Source: Octopus bimaculoides
Taxonomy: Eukaryota
Direction of reading: 5' to 3'
Assembly: GCF_001194135.2 (NCBI RefSeq)
Contig: NC_068988.1
Location: 31,495,171 to 31,559,170, forward strand
DNA length: 64,000 nucleotides
Shown here: positions 13,110 through 26,859 of the stretch, one piece after another
Layout of the letters: each line of letters begins with the position of its first letter
Numbering within the stretch: the stretch's first letter is position 1
Program-made: the position numbers and the translations under genes
The notes under the pieces: model-generated
The model's input: the letters and a program-made list of their open reading frames with translations, nothing else
Databases searched by the model: none
Told to the model about the DNA's origin: nothing

Positions 13110-14606
13110 CAAACACACACACACACACACACACACNNNNNNNNNNNNNNNNNNNNNNNNNNNNNNNNNNNNNNNNNNNNNNNNNNNNNNNNNNNNNNNN
13201 NNNNNNNNNNNNNNNNNNNNNNNNNNNNNNNNNNNNNNNNNNNNNNNNNNNNNNNNNNNNNNNNNNNNNNNNNNNNNNNNNNNNNNNNNNNNNNNNNNNN
13301 NNNNNNNNNNNNNNNNNNNNNNNNNNNNNNNNNNNNNNNNNNNNNNNNNNNNNNNNNNNNNNNNNNNNNNNNNNNNNNNNNNNNNNNNNNNNNNNNNNNN
13401 NNNNNNNNNNNNNNNNNNNNNNNNNNNNNNNNNNNNNNNNNNNNNNNNNNNNNNNNNNNNNNNNNNNNNNNNNNNNNNNNNNNNNNNNNNNNNNNNNNNN
13501 NNNNNNNNNNNNNNNNNNNNNNNNNNNNNNNNNNNNNNNNNNNNNNNNNNNNNNNNNNNNNNNNNNNNNNNNNNNNNNNNNNNNNNTATATATATATATA
13601 TATATATACGTACATAAATTTTATACGCGCGCACGCGCACACACATACAGACTCACACACACATACACACATACTCACTCGCCCACATGTGTATGTAGGA
13701 GGAGTATATATATATATATATATGTAAGAGGAGTGCATAGAATTCGAAAACGCTTCAGTTCAGTAACAAATTATGACCTTGACATATCAAGCAATCTAAT
13801 CTACATTTTAGCCAGTCGTCCTGGCGCATTTGTGGTACGGTTAATGGAAAATTCCATACATTTCCATGTCAAATGATGGTTATAATTTGACATGCGCAGG
13901 AAATGTGAACAAGACACAGGGCAGCTATTACTGGCAGAGGACTACACAGGTTAATTTGGTCAAGATTTAAGTTTATACTATTCTAATCTCGTGTTAAAAG
14001 ACCAAGTACGAAGACTTACGTTTATCATTTTCGCCAAACATATTTTCTCACACATTGGCTACTGACATTCAGTACAACAACCTTTAGCAAGTAACCTTTG
14101 TAACGTTAATATGGCTACAAATCCAGATGAGGTGCTTTCTGGATAAGTTAGAGCAAACCGAGAATCCCTTCATGCTCAGGTCCTTCAAATTTTGATGAAT
14201 CAGATCTGGTTGAGAATGTGAATGGGATGAGCGATAAATGATTTCGTGTGACCCCACGAAGGGATTTTTGGTAATACATACCAGGGATTCTCCGTCTTTC
14301 ATGTTACTGGGGACCATAAACGCCAAGAGCCATATCATCGGAACTCATTTCTTACGACGTATTGTCATATGTCCATACGATGACCAACATCGGTGTTGGA
14401 GCACTTAATAGTGCGAATAACCTAAGAAAAACCTTACATACTCCAGCAAGAGATTGTTCTCTCTTATATGGCCGTCGAGATACAGGAATTGCTATCGGGT
14501 AATCTTTATGAGCATAAGATCCACAACGAAAATGTGGATACCTAGCTCTCTTGATCTGAACCCTTAGTTCTGATACGCCTAAGGATGTTATCGAGAGGGA
14601 GAATGA

Positions 14607-14702
<96 letters not shown>

Positions 14703-16547
14703 AAGCAAGATAGAGATCAACCGCCTCCTTCCGCCCCGCCTCTACATTATCAAGGACTAGTTGGTTACTGTCGCAGATGTGGAACATAATTAGCAAGAAC
14801 CACTTAAAACTATAACTAGCATGTTTTTGTATAATTTGAGACCGTCGTTACGGATGATATCGGTTTCAGTGAATTAACGTTTCATCACTATTTTCTGTTG
14901 AACATGTGTATAGTTTATCTGAAAATAGCTGTTTTTCCTCTAAATTATTTTTCTTAAACGCCTATACACAGACAGACATACGCCCACACACATGTACACT
15001 GACGTATAAACATGTATATAATATATTCGTAGGTGTACATGTTTTCGTAGGTGTACATGTGTATGTGTTTGTATTGAACACATATATACACACATACACT
15101 CACACACACACATACGCACACACACATATGTATGTATGTATGCATGCATGTATGTATGTATGTATGTATGTATGTATGTATGTATGTATGTATATATATA
15201 TTTTGCTGTATCAAAACTATATTAAAGAAAGCAATTACAAATTGCTATAGAATACAAAGAAGCCCTAAAAAAAATGAAAACAACCTCTTAAATGAAGTGA
15301 AGTCAAAAAAAAAAAACCAAGACTGATGAAACACACTTAGATAATTAGATAGATAAAAGAGCGACTGAAAATATAAGAACGTGCTTCCAAATGAATATGA
15401 AACATCGTCATTGCTGACTCTAATAACTATATAAGTCACAACAATATTCTACTTAACAGAATTACGACTCATCAGTTGTATACTATCAGCAATTATATAT
15501 CTATAAATGCGAGCCAATGCAGATTGACGTACTTCGTCCATCGACCATCGACCATCTAGAGGTAGCAATTATATCTCCATTACATATTGCTTTCTTATGA
15601 AATGTTAAACGTTTATATAGTAGTTGTTCAAAGTACAGAGTACACAAAAATTGGATGGAGCTATCAAGGCTGCAACGGTGTTTAGACGTAAGTCATCCCG
15701 ATCAGGATTGATGGAGTGGACATCAAATTAAAAGGAACAACCATAACAAGACGGAATCTGAACAGTTATTTGCGTTGTCTTTCCAACTGCATGACGTAAC
15801 AACTAAATTCCTTTAGATTACAATCTAACATCTTTAAACGAGAAATATGCATAGAGTAATACAATCTAAGGTATACTAAAGTATTGACGTTGTGGTGATG
15901 GCTTCAATACCTTTTATCGTGGCTTTGCTTCATCAAAGACGATCTGGGGTTTAAATAATCTCAACAACAAACAACAGCAATTACGGTAAACTCCAAGAGG
16001 GATAAAGAACAACAAGAGTAGATTGAAACCAATATGTGCCACTGACGTTCAACTCATCAAAATTGGATGCAATGACAGAAACAAAAGCAAGAAAGAAATG
16101 TTCATCATACTATTTTTATAGTTACACTGGAGATGATTTTATACTGTGTCAAGTCAGGAAACCAAATATGATTGTTTACCACAGTTGCAATCAATACTTT
16201 AAAATATCCAGCCATTTTTACATTGGACATCGGGTCGGAATGTTTACAATATGATGGACTTCAAGGCTAGATGATGTTGTTGAAGAGGGAACCAGATAAA
16301 GTCTGCCTTTTAAAGCCATAAGTTAACTGAGGGTGATAGAAATACATCGATGATTGGTGGTATTTTCTTATATCCCTGCTATGTTTTACCTTCAAATCCT
16401 GGCGAAAACAACAGTACTTTGGATCATTGCTGTCTTTATAAAACACGTACTTTTTAAATACTTTTACTGGTTTAACCGACTATACCTAATGTACTAAAAC
16501 TTTCGCTGTCCTGCCTATAATAAAAAAAAATCATTTATTAATTTCAG

Positions 16548-16587
16548 GAGGAAAAGACTACCAAGCATTATCATTTGAAGCATTTCA
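16548..16587 (+). CDS. Candidate 40-nt internal micro-exon (EEKTTKHYHLKHF or GGKDYQALSFEAF), gene unknown
   Basis: Acceptor tttattaatttcag| and donor |gtatgt; two frames open. Splice signals only, could be chance. Confidence 0.25.
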
Positions 16588-18857
16588 GTATGTCCCTTTT
16601 ATGTTTTAATTTCAGTCCCCACCGAAGTCGACAACGTCCTTTGTCCTTTCATATTTATGAAATAAGTACTATTCATGTATTCAGCCGATTTATTCGACGG
16701 TCCGTTGACGTTCGGATATACTAATTATCTTAGAAATCAGTAGCTATTGGAAGAGAACGACTAAAAAATGAAGCGGCTATATATTTTGAAGGATCTTTCA
16801 GATCGAGGCGGTTAATTTTCCCCTTTAACTGAATTACTTGATGTACTGAATGAAATGAAGTCGGAGTGAATTCTGGGATGTTGCAACTATGAAGAGGAAA
16901 TTAGAAAGACAATATATTTAGTATGAGGTAAATCTGCGAGACACTAGTGATGAAGAAAGTATGAAATGTAACGTCATCAAGTTGGCCAGGGTGAACTTGC
17001 TCAAACTTTGAAAATTAAGAACAACGAAATCATTTGAATCAGTGACAGAAAATACAGAGGGAAGGGTATATACGGAAGAGTACAGAACAAAATATCTGAC
17101 CCCGATAAATGAGGACGTGAATAAAAAACACGTTACAGAAGTCAAAATACTGCAAAGACCGTCATTCATCCCAAAACGCGATGTGATCTGTTATTTGCTA
17201 TCCCTGGTTACTATGACATCATTTATAACTTTGAGAACTCGGACGGTAGGGTCCAGACGTGACATACAAAACGAAATGTTCTCGTGCGAGTTGGACATAC
17301 TTAGACTGAAGTTACAATAACCCACTGATGCATCATAAATTTCATAAATTTCTGTTTTGCTCGGCCTGTTCGATTATAGTTTATTCATATTCTATGGCGC
17401 CTATGCTGGAGAAGCTGTTCCAGTTAAATATCTCAGATGTCTTTGCGTTGATGTTCAAGGTTTTGAGAGAGCTTTGATTGTGATCTGGGGGAATTTATGC
17501 AATCCACCCACTGAAGTTTCTTTTCGACACGCACGCTATAGGAAAAGAAAATGGAAATGCGGTCGTCATACATTCAGGCAATATGATGAGATGTCCAGCA
17601 CTTCGTATTGCATTGATAAGTGTAGATGGGATAAATAGGGTGCAGTTGATACGTAGTGTTTGAGCGGAACAGAAAATACATTAATGTATTGCTGCAGAGG
17701 AAGTTGCAGAGAGAAGAGACAACACAACGACGATCAAACGTTTGCAGTGTAACATTTGCTATTCAGCTAAACGCTTTCTCTTCGATATCATCCGTAATGT
17801 CTGTGAATGGAATATTGAACCAGGGGTACAATGTTTCGGTATAACAGAGTAACAAATATACTCAAAAACCAAGCCTACAAAAGTGCCGTAATTGTAATCA
17901 ATAAGGAATAAACAAATTAACGTTCCTCTTAATCATCGTAATGTTATGCGAGAGCTACAAGGGTAGTTGGCAGTTTGAAATGCCACACTTTTTAGGAATG
18001 TAATAGTGTAGCGTATTTATATAGTAATCTAGATGTTTATAGACAGGAAAATATTGAAGAGTGTAGGTTAATACAACAGCTAAGTATGAAAGGTGTTAAA
18101 TCAGTGTAATAGAAAGAACACGTCTGCATGAAACAGGTAGACAGGAGACAAGAGTTAAGGATGAATTTCGTTACATGTGAGCGAGTAGTTGTGACTTGGA
18201 AGCAAACGGCAATAAACACTTTGGTTTTATTGGCTAGATCACTACAATCGGAACCAACATGTTTAACTAATGGTGAGGAAGAGTGTTTTATCAAAATGTG
18301 GAGGTATCATTTTGGCAATGAACTGGCAGGCGTGTTCTGGCGGGCTATGAGATGCATAAAGGCAGATTTTGATTCTTTGCTGATATTTTAAATGTTAATT
18401 ACTTTTTAACTGTCGTTTCGCGATTGCTGGCCGTCTTCTATTGCTATAATCGTTGCTGGTGTTGTTTAATTTTTATTGATGCTATTGTCATTATTCTACT
18501 TATTATTGCAATTGCCGTTGCTGCTGCTGCTGCTGTTCCTTCTAGTACACTGATGCTTCTATTAATGTTCTTATTGTTGCTATTAATGCGGTTGATGTTG
18601 TTCTTGTTGTTGCGTTAGTGTTATTCTACTCATTCACAGAAGTAATGATCATCAGATCATTTTAAGACCGTCTTCTACGTGTAATCAATTTTACTGTACT
18701 TTATCGATTGCTTGTCTTCTTATTGAAATGAAATAAGTAGAAAGAAGGGAAAAAATAAAAGAATAAACATGTTTTCATGTCAGGGAGACATTTATTTAAA
18801 GAGATTGCCAAAATTAAAAAGTTTAAGTTTCTGTAGAGATGTACGTATATGTGAATG

Positions 18858-18932
<75 letters not shown>

Positions 18933-20252
18933 TGTGTGTGTGCATGTATATATATATATATACAGATATATGTGTCAATTGACAGATGAATACGCGTCTA
19001 TATATGTATATATATATATATGTGTGTGTGCATGTGTGTGTGTGTGTGTGTGCGTATACATGTATATATATGTGTATATGTTTATGTATATATATGTATA
19101 TAGATGTGGAGATATAACATATGACTAAATTCCTCAGAGTATTGAGTTTTTAATTCAGTTGTTCTTTTTTGTTTTATATAAAACAAAATCATTTCTCCCT
19201 CCTCTCCGCCAGTCTGCCCCTCTGTCTGTCTGTCTCTCTTTCTTTCTCTCTCCTTCTCTCTCAATTTATGTGTTTCTGTACATATATATATATAAGGCAC
19301 AAATGCGTTCACACACACATACACACACACATATATATATATACATGCGTACATGTATATAAACACCTTCGTGTTTGTTCATATACACATGCGCACACGC
19401 ATACACACACTGAAATATATATATACACACACATATGTATATATATATATATATATATAGGTTAAAAAAAACAATAACAAAAAGACATGTATATATATGT
19501 ATGTATATATGTNNNNNNNNNNNNNNNNNNNNNNNNNNNNNNNNNNNNNNNNNNNNNNNNNNNNNNNNNNNNNNNNNNNNNNNNNNNNNNNNNNNNNNNN
19601 NNNNNNNNNNNNNNNNNNNNNNNNNNNNNNNNNNNNNNNNNNNNNNNNNNNNNNNNNNNNNNNNNNNNNNNNNNNNNNNNNNNNNNNNNNNNNNNNNNNN
19701 NNNNNNNNNNNNNNNNNNNNNTATATATATATATATATCAAAGAATCAATATTGTGTTTGTAAAACTTCATCTTATATTTAGATGTTTGTTTTCCCTCGT
19801 CTATTCCATGTATTTGTGTATATTTATTGTTTATTTTATATTTAATCTATGTTTTTTGTAGTTTTTAAACATTTTTCTTACTTATTTGTTTTCTTGTTGC
19901 CTTTACATCTAATATTTTGTTTTCCGAATCTTTTTCTTTTTATATATTATATTTCTCGTTTGTTTTCTTTAGTTCATTTTTCTTTCTTTCATTTTTGTGT
20001 TTGTTAGTTTTGCTTGTTATTTTTGTTAGCTTTTGTTTGTTTATGTTTTAGCGATTTAACAGCGTTTAAGATCATTGCAGAAAACCATTTACGTCCTTAA
20101 CTCTTCAGAATAAAGTAATTTAATTACTTACCATCGCAGAATCGATCTTTTCCCAATAGTATATATTCTCTCGTAATATAGTTTTGTTTATATATTTTAA
20201 AATCATTTGTTTTTATTTGTCTTCCCCATCAAAGTACTTATTTCAAGCAATT

Positions 20253-20292
<40 letters not shown>

Positions 20293-21903
20293 NNNNNNNN
20301 NNNNNNNNNNNNNNNNNNNNNNNNNNNNNNNNNNNNNNNNNNNNNNNNNNNNNNNNNNNNNNNNNNNNNNNNNNNNNNNNNNNNNNNNNNNNNNNNNNNN
20401 NNNNNNNNNNNNNNNNNNNNNNNNNNNNNNNNNNNNNNNNNNNNNNNNNNNNNNNNNNNNNNNNNNNNNNNNNNNNNNNNNNNNNNNNNNNNNNNNNNNN
20501 NNNNNNNNNNNNNNNNNNNNNNNNNNNNNNNNNNNNNNNNNNNNNNNNNNNNNNNNNNNNNNNNNNNNNNNNNNNNNNNNNNNNNNNNNNNNNNNNNNNN
20601 NNNNNNNNNNNNNNNNNNNNNNNNNNNNNNNNNNNNNNNNNNNNNNNNNNNNNNNNNNNNNNNNNNNNNNNNNNNNNNNNNNNNNNNNNNNNNNNNNNNN
20701 NNNNNNNNNNNNNNNNNNNNNNNNNNNNNNNNNNNNNNNNNNNNNNNNNNNNNNNNNNNNNNNNNNNNNNNNNNNNNNNNNNNNNNNNNNNNNNNNNNNN
20801 NNNNNNNNNNNNNNNNNNNNNNNNNNNNNNNNNNNNNNNNNNNNNNNNNNNNNNNNNNNNNNNNNNNNNNNNNNNNNNNNNNNNNNNNNNNNNNNNNATT
20901 TAGAAAATATATTTTTCATCTACTGGTGTACACGTATAACATGTATGTTACCATTACAGGTTCTGTCGAACGGAGAAATATTGTTCAAAATGGGACATGA
21001 CTTGAATTTAATACAAAACAATTAAGTTTTGTGAACGTGTTTGTCTGTGTGTGTGTATAGATAGATAGAAATACATGCATATATGTATATATATGTGTGT
21101 GGGTGTGTGTGTGTGTGTGTTCTCAAAGGTACTACTATTTTCTGTCTCCAAATGCAGGGCTCAGCGTGTCTCATCAGGTGCTGAAAAAGTTCTGTAGATG
21201 TATACACTCGTTTTCTGTTACACCAGTTAGAGCTGCTCTGCACCACCCACAGATGTAGGCGACAAAAATTCCGCACAGCTGGTCGAGTTGTTTAGTAAGA
21301 TCTTGTGGCTCTAGGTCTGTTGTTTCTACCATCCTCAATACTCTTTCTTTCGCTTCGCCACGCCTCCTCTGTCTCTCCCTCCTCCCTCTCTCTCTCTCTT
21401 AAGCTCTCTCTCGAGCTCTCTCTTGAGCCAGATGTGATGGCTTACTATCTCTGTTGACAGTTTTCGAGCAGCACAGATTTTCTGCTTTTTTCCTTGTCCA
21501 AGAAATCTGGGTTTCTAGTAAATCGTATGGGCAGTGAGACAATACAATGCGAGAGTACTACCTTCTCCCTGCTTTCTTAGACATAGTGTACGGCCCCTGA
21601 ATAATAGATTCTTTACTGTGCTTTGAAGTTGGATTCGCACACTAATTCCGCATGTAATAGGTTAATCGCTATCGACTCAATCCAGCATTTGTTTACGGAA
21701 ATTTGTGATTTTTATCTTTTTATGACTTCAATTGTCGACAAAGTTCGTATTCTTTGAATTTGCTTATTTAAATGGTTTTGAAATTATTTCCTTGTCCTTG
21801 TGTAAAACTCTGGTTATCCACATAATACGTCGTGGGTAGTCTCCTTCTCCTTCCCTTTAAATGTGTCTGTTTGTTTGTGTGTGTTGGTGTGTTTGAATAT
21901 TTC

Positions 21904-21961
<58 letters not shown>

Positions 21962-22339
21962 CATGTGCGTGTGCGTGTGTGTAGGCATGTGTGAATGTGT
22001 GCTGTGTGTATATGTGCGCTGTGTGTGTATGTGTGCTGTGTGCTTATGTGTGCTGTGTGTGTACATGTGATGTATATGCATAACGTGTGCATCCGTCCCG
22101 TAGTCGAAAAAGAAATCATACTCTTCAGTCTCGTGTGCCTATTGTTATTGTTATATCGCCCCACATCATTCTACATGGGGCTAATTTATGGTACTCTGAA
22201 CCAGGCTCAACTCAGAGTTTCTTTTCTCCAGTTTCACCATCTCTTTACTACGCTGAGTAAGGATATTTTGCTAATATCATAAGCAAGAAATTGCTTATAT
22301 TATGTTCGTTGAAAATGGTATAAAACGAACCAATTAAGC

Positions 22340-22850
22340 ACTTGGGTCGATTTAATCGGCTTTCTCCTTCTCCCAAAATTTCAGGCCCTCTGCCTATTCG
22401 AGAAAAAATTATTTATTTATCTATTTATTATTATTAATATTGTTTTTAGGCGGCGAACTTGCAGAATCATTAGCACGCCGTGTGAAATACTTAGCGGTAT
22501 TTCGTCTGCCGCTATGTTCTGAGTTCAAATTCCGCCGAGGTCGGCTTTGCCTTTCATCGTTTCGCAGTCGATGAATTAAGTAACAGTTGAACATTAGTGT
22601 CGATCTAATTGACTGGCGTTCTCCCACCAAATCTCAGGCCTTGTACCTATCGTAGAAAGGATTATTATTATTATTATTATTATTATTAAGGCAGCGAGTG
22701 GGCGAAATGCTTAGCGGTATTTTGACTGCCGCTAAGTTCCAAGTTCAAATTCCGCCGAGGTCGACTTGGCCTTTTATCCATTCTGGGTCGATAAATCAAG
22801 TACCAGTGAAATATTGGGGATGATGTAATCGACTCATCTATTCTCCTATA
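22340..22850 (+). mobile_element. Tandem SINE family D cluster joined by (TTA)n
   Basis: Heads AGGCGGCGAACTTGCAGAATCATTAGC (22448) and AAGGCAGCGAG (22688), with TTCAAATTCCGCCGAGGTCG and GTCGAT..AAGTACCAG central boxes. Confidence 0.85.
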
Positions 22851-22878
22851 ATGGCTGTCCTTCTGGCAAATTTGGAAA

Positions 22879-22909
<31 letters not shown>

Positions 22910-23407
22910 GGTTATTTTTTTCTTCATGATCTTTGACAACTATATCTGGTCTATTTGCCTTAATTTCTCTATCTGTGTGTATTGGCANNNNNNNNNNNNN
23001 NNNNNNNNNNNNNNNNNNNNNNNNNNNNNNNNNNNNNNNNNNNNNNNNNNNNNNNNNNNNNNNNNNNNNNNNNNNNNNNNNNNNNNNNNNNNNNNNNNNN
23101 NNNNNNNNNNNNNNNNNNNNNNNNNNNNNNNNNNNNNNNNNNNNNNNNNNNNNNNNNNNNNNNNNNNNNNNNNNNNNNNNNNNNNNNNNNNNNNNNNNNN
23201 NNNNNNNNNNNNNNNNNNNNNNNNNNNNNNNNNNNNNNNNNNNNNNNNNNNNNNNNNNNNNNNNNNNNNNNNNNNNNNNNNNNNNNNNNNNNNNNNNNNN
23301 NNNNNNNNNNNNNNNNNNNNNNNNNNNNNNNNNNNNNNNNNNNNNNNNNNNNNNNNNNNNNNNNNNNNNNNNNNNNNNNNNNNNNNNNNNNNNNNNNNNN
23401 NNNNNNC

Positions 23408-23486
23408 ATGAGCACTATCTTTTGAACATCAGCCATTTTGGGGTTTCCTGGTATCTGAGCTAGGTAGTAATCAGCCCGTTTCGCTG

Positions 23487-23490
<4 letters not shown>
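23408..23490 (-). mobile_element. 5'-truncated 3' fragment of an R4/Dong-like non-LTR retrotransposon abutting (AAT)n; continues into a gap
   Basis: The reverse complement reads YYLAQIPGNPKMADVQKIVLM, resembling the C-terminal ...QK.VL.GTA.ILRK motif of RLE-type LINEs. It begins directly after (AAT)n at 23490-23548. Confidence 0.6.
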
Positions 23491-23548
<58 letters not shown>

Positions 23549-23649
23549 AATGAGCATTCAACATTAATTATAGAGGTCATGTGGTTTCATTTGTCCACCA
23601 CTAATAGGTCCGGCTTCTTGTGCAGAAGCATCCTGTTCGTTTGGATTGG

Positions 23650-23890
23650 CAAAATGTTTAGCAGCATTTCGTCCGTCTTCACATTCTGATTTCAGGTTCC
23701 GCTGAGATCGACTTTGCCTTTCATCCTTTCGGAGTCGATAAAATAGGTACCAGTTGAGTACTGGGGTTAATGTAATCGACGTACCCCCTTTCTTAAGGTT
23801 CAGGTCTTGTGCCTATAGCAGAAAGGCTTATTTCGCTGTCTAGGCGGCGAGCTAGTAGAATATTTACCGCGCCGGATAAAATGCTTAGAT
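23650..23890 (+). mobile_element. SINE family D copy plus the head of a second copy
   Basis: GAGATCGACTTTGCCTTTCATCCTTTCGGAGTCGATAAAATAGGTACCAGTTGAGTACTGGGGTTAATGTAATCGAC, then AGGCGGCGAGCTAGTAGAA. Confidence 0.85.
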
Positions 23891-24065
23891 GCATTTTCTT
23901 TTTCCCTTTTTCTTCTTATTTTTTTTAAGGGACAATACAGGACAGACAGTTCATGGGGGTCAAACAAGCATACGGATAATGAAAAAGTAGAAATGATGAA
24001 AATGGAGTGATGCACATTGGACCCCACAAACCACGCATCATCACTTGTCTTCTTTTATGTTTAAG

Positions 24066-24352
24066 TCATCTCAATTATACATGTAACAAGGCATTCACTC
24101 TTCATTTGCAAATCAGGACAGACAAAATTGGTTGGAGCAGCATAAGACTAGATAACATGTAACACTTGATGAAAAAGGAATGTCGCATTGTCTTTTGATC
24201 TTCTTTTAAGATCACTGGTATTCACATTCAATCATCTCACTTATACATGTAGCAAGGCATACACTCTTCATTCACAGTACAGGCCAAACAAAATGGATTA
24301 AATCAACATATTAATTAACATGTAGCAATTGATGAAAAAGAACATTGCATTC
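24066..24352. repeat. Two-copy tandem duplication, ~125-bp units at a 166-bp period (24066-24190, 24232-24352)
   Basis: TCATCTCA.TTATACATGTA.CAAGGCAT.CACTCTTCATT...AACATGTA.CA.TTGATGAAAAAG is present in both copies. Confidence 0.85.
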
Positions 24353-24353
24353 A

Positions 24354-24701
24354 TTATATTTTGAGTTCGCTGTTGTTCGGGTATGGAGGGGCTAAATATG
24401 GGGTTCTGTAGACTATTGTTTTGTGTTTTGTGCTGTACATCACTTCTTCTGGGGGAGTCAGCTTCATGCTCGCACCTTCCCTCTGCAATAGGCTTTTATA
24501 TTTTGAGAGCACGCCCGCGTCGACTTGCACTGTTTCGCTAGTGACGCCGGCCACGGACGCGTGTTTCATTTTCCCTTTACCGTTCTGTATTTCAATTCGG
24601 AGGTCGGTTTTATCCTTTTCTAGTATGTTTTCTTCTTCCTTCGTTTGGCAAAATGGAAGGGCGGGTAACATTTGTTTCGCACAATTCCTCCAAGAAGAAG
24701 T
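24354..24701 (-). CDS. Candidate terminal coding exon of an unidentified gene (TSSWRNCAKQMLPALPFCQTKEEEN...PYLAPPYPNNSELKI*)
   Basis: Part of a 150-codon open frame in unique, relatively GC/CpG-rich sequence. The acceptor tatgttattccag| gives 348 nt in phase 0 ending in TAA. No domain recognised. Confidence 0.4.
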   Translation of the reverse strand, partial: TSSWRNCAKQMLPALPFCQTKEEENILEKDKTDLRIEIQNGKGKMKHASVAGVTSETVQVDAGVLSKYKSLLQREGASMKLTPPEEVMYSTKHKTIVYRTPYLAPPYPNNSELKI

Positions 24702-25199
24702 CTGGAATAACATACTGGGAGGCGTCAACTTCCATGTTGTACTGATGTGTAAAACCTTTTCCATAAAGGAACACAATTCGCCCCTAAGCAGTGAGAATTC
24801 ACACAAAAAACGAACCTGCTAGAACAGGCAATATGTGTAAAAGACACAGAAAATAGCAAAGGTTGTATAGCAGTTCAAACACACAACGTTAATTTCAAAA
24901 GGGAAAACCTACAATTAAACGAGAGCATCAGAAAAATACATCTCTTCAGTCCAGTCTGCTACCTCTTATATATATATATATNNNNNNNNNNNNNNNNNNN
25001 NNNNNNNNNNNNNNNNNNNNNNNNNNNNNNNNNNNNNNNNNNNNNNNNNNNNNNNNNNNNNNNNNNNNNNNNNNNNNNNNNNNNNNNNNNNNNNNNNNNN
25101 NNNNNNNNNNNNNNNNNNNNNNNNNNNNNNNNNNNNNNNNNNNNNNNNNNNNNNNNNNNNNNNNNNNNTATATATATCGCTTGGAGGCATTTCACTCTT

Positions 25200-25520
25200 C
25201 TTTAGGTTCTGAGTTCAAATTCTGACGAGGTCAACCTTGCCTTTCAACCTTTCGGTGTCGACAAAATATGGACCAGTTAAATAATGAGGTTAATGTAAAC
25301 TCCTAACCCACTCACAACAAATATCAGGCCTTTTGCCTAAAATTGAGAGAATCATTTCGTCCATCTTTAACTTCTACGTTCAAATGCTGCCGAGGCGGAT
25401 TTTCATCGTTTCGGGGTTGATAGAATATATACCAGTTGAGCACTGGGGTAAATGTAATCGGCTTTCCTACTCCTCTTAAAATTGCTGACTTTGCGCCAAA
25501 ATTCAAAACATTTATTATCA
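25200..25520 (+). mobile_element. Two degenerate SINE family D copies
   Basis: TTCTGAGTTCAAATTCTGACGAGGTCAACCTTGCCTTTCAACCTTTCGGTGTCGAC and a second TTTCGGGGTTGATAG..TACCAGTTGAGCACTGGGGTAAATGTAATCG. Confidence 0.75.
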
Positions 25521-25731
25521 TTTGTAGTATTATTACAGCTATTAACATTACTGCCAGAGTTCTTGTTTCCCAGGCAACAGTTAACTTCAAAGTGTTGTAT
25601 TGACTTGAAGTCTATTTTGAAATTTGTTTTATTTTCGGAGTTGATTTACTTATATTTTTATAATTCTTCCTAGTTGAATAATATTTTGAGTGGCTTGTTG
25701 CCTCTCAGTTCGTGCCTAAGTGTGCAGTGTA

Positions 25732-25778
<47 letters not shown>

Positions 25779-26859
25779 CGTGCACGGTTTCTATTCAGTA
25801 TTTTTGTTTTATTCTGGAATACTGTTTCCCAAAACGAATATTTTCACAATGTCAATAATAGTTTCTTTTGATAATACACAAAACTTATTTTCTAAAAGCA
25901 GAAGCTGTAGTCGATCGAATCGACATAGAATATAATTTGCTGTTTGTTTTAACAATGAAAACGCGATAAAAGGGAAATTTGACCCCCGACGGGACTTGAG
26001 CACAAATACACTGATATTGTAAAACTAAACTCCGAATAGCATTTAAACTGGTTGCAGCATCACTTCTAGTTGCTCTGAAATCAATAATAGATGGTTTTCG
26101 TATCATTGAAGTTACCGGTGGCTAATTAAAGATTATCACCACCAAAGTAATACGTGTAAATTGTGATCCCTTCAGTTCCACTCCTACAAATCTTCTGCGA
26201 CTTTGAACCTTAATGTGTGTGTAAAAAGAATCGTATGCTCGACAGTTTGTTTTACAGACATCTATAAAATCTCGGGTAGTAGGTTTTGCATGCAAGAAGT
26301 TAAAATTAGTCACACACATGAACTGATTTACTCACTAGTCATACTGGCAACAAACCAAAGAGGTGAAAAACTTGCTATTGACTTCTTGATGTTATTGATC
26401 CTGTGGCTAATGTTATTTAGGCGCAGGTCAGCCATTATCAATCAGGCTTATGATCAAAGGCTTCCCATGCTTGACCATCCCTTTAGTTATTTACACATTG
26501 TGTTTCCTGGGGTACTTTTTCCAGTGAATCCTTCCATTATTTGAGAGAAACATGGTTGTTGATTTTAATAGGTAGGTTAACTCGCTGACTTGACCACTTA
26601 AAGGGAGTGTTTTGGAATTGCCACTCTTGGTATGTTTTATTGTGTAGTAGAGAAGCCTAAACGCCGGGGACAAATTAAATGCCTGAAATACTTTGTTTCA
26701 ATATTCTAAGGGATGGGGTTCAAGCTCCAGCTTGTTTGAATTTCGTACTTATATCTTTGATGATGATAAAATAAGCAGTATTTATTAACAAGTTGTACTC
26801 CATCATCTCTATTTACTCCCCACACAATTATGATTTTTAACCAAAGTAAGATAGTATAG

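Noticed and set aside
16850-17850. Kinase G-loop or GNAT-like words (YRGKGIYGRV, HTKRNVLV) in one plus frame
   Set aside because: The frame has stops every 10-30 codons and no ordered set of motifs, which is consistent with chance.
18858-18940. (CA)n(TA)n(TG)n self-complementary hairpins here and elsewhere
   Set aside because: A trivial consequence of adjacent dinucleotide repeats, which are ubiquitous in this window.
20126-20170. Minus-strand ATG|GTAAGT donor
   Set aside because: Strong donor, but no convincing acceptor or partner exon was found.
1579-24352. CRISPR-like arrays (65-bp units at 1579-1840, 166-bp units at 24066-24352)
   Set aside because: The units are diverged, lack a constant repeat with unique spacers, and sit in a eukaryotic context with no cas genes.
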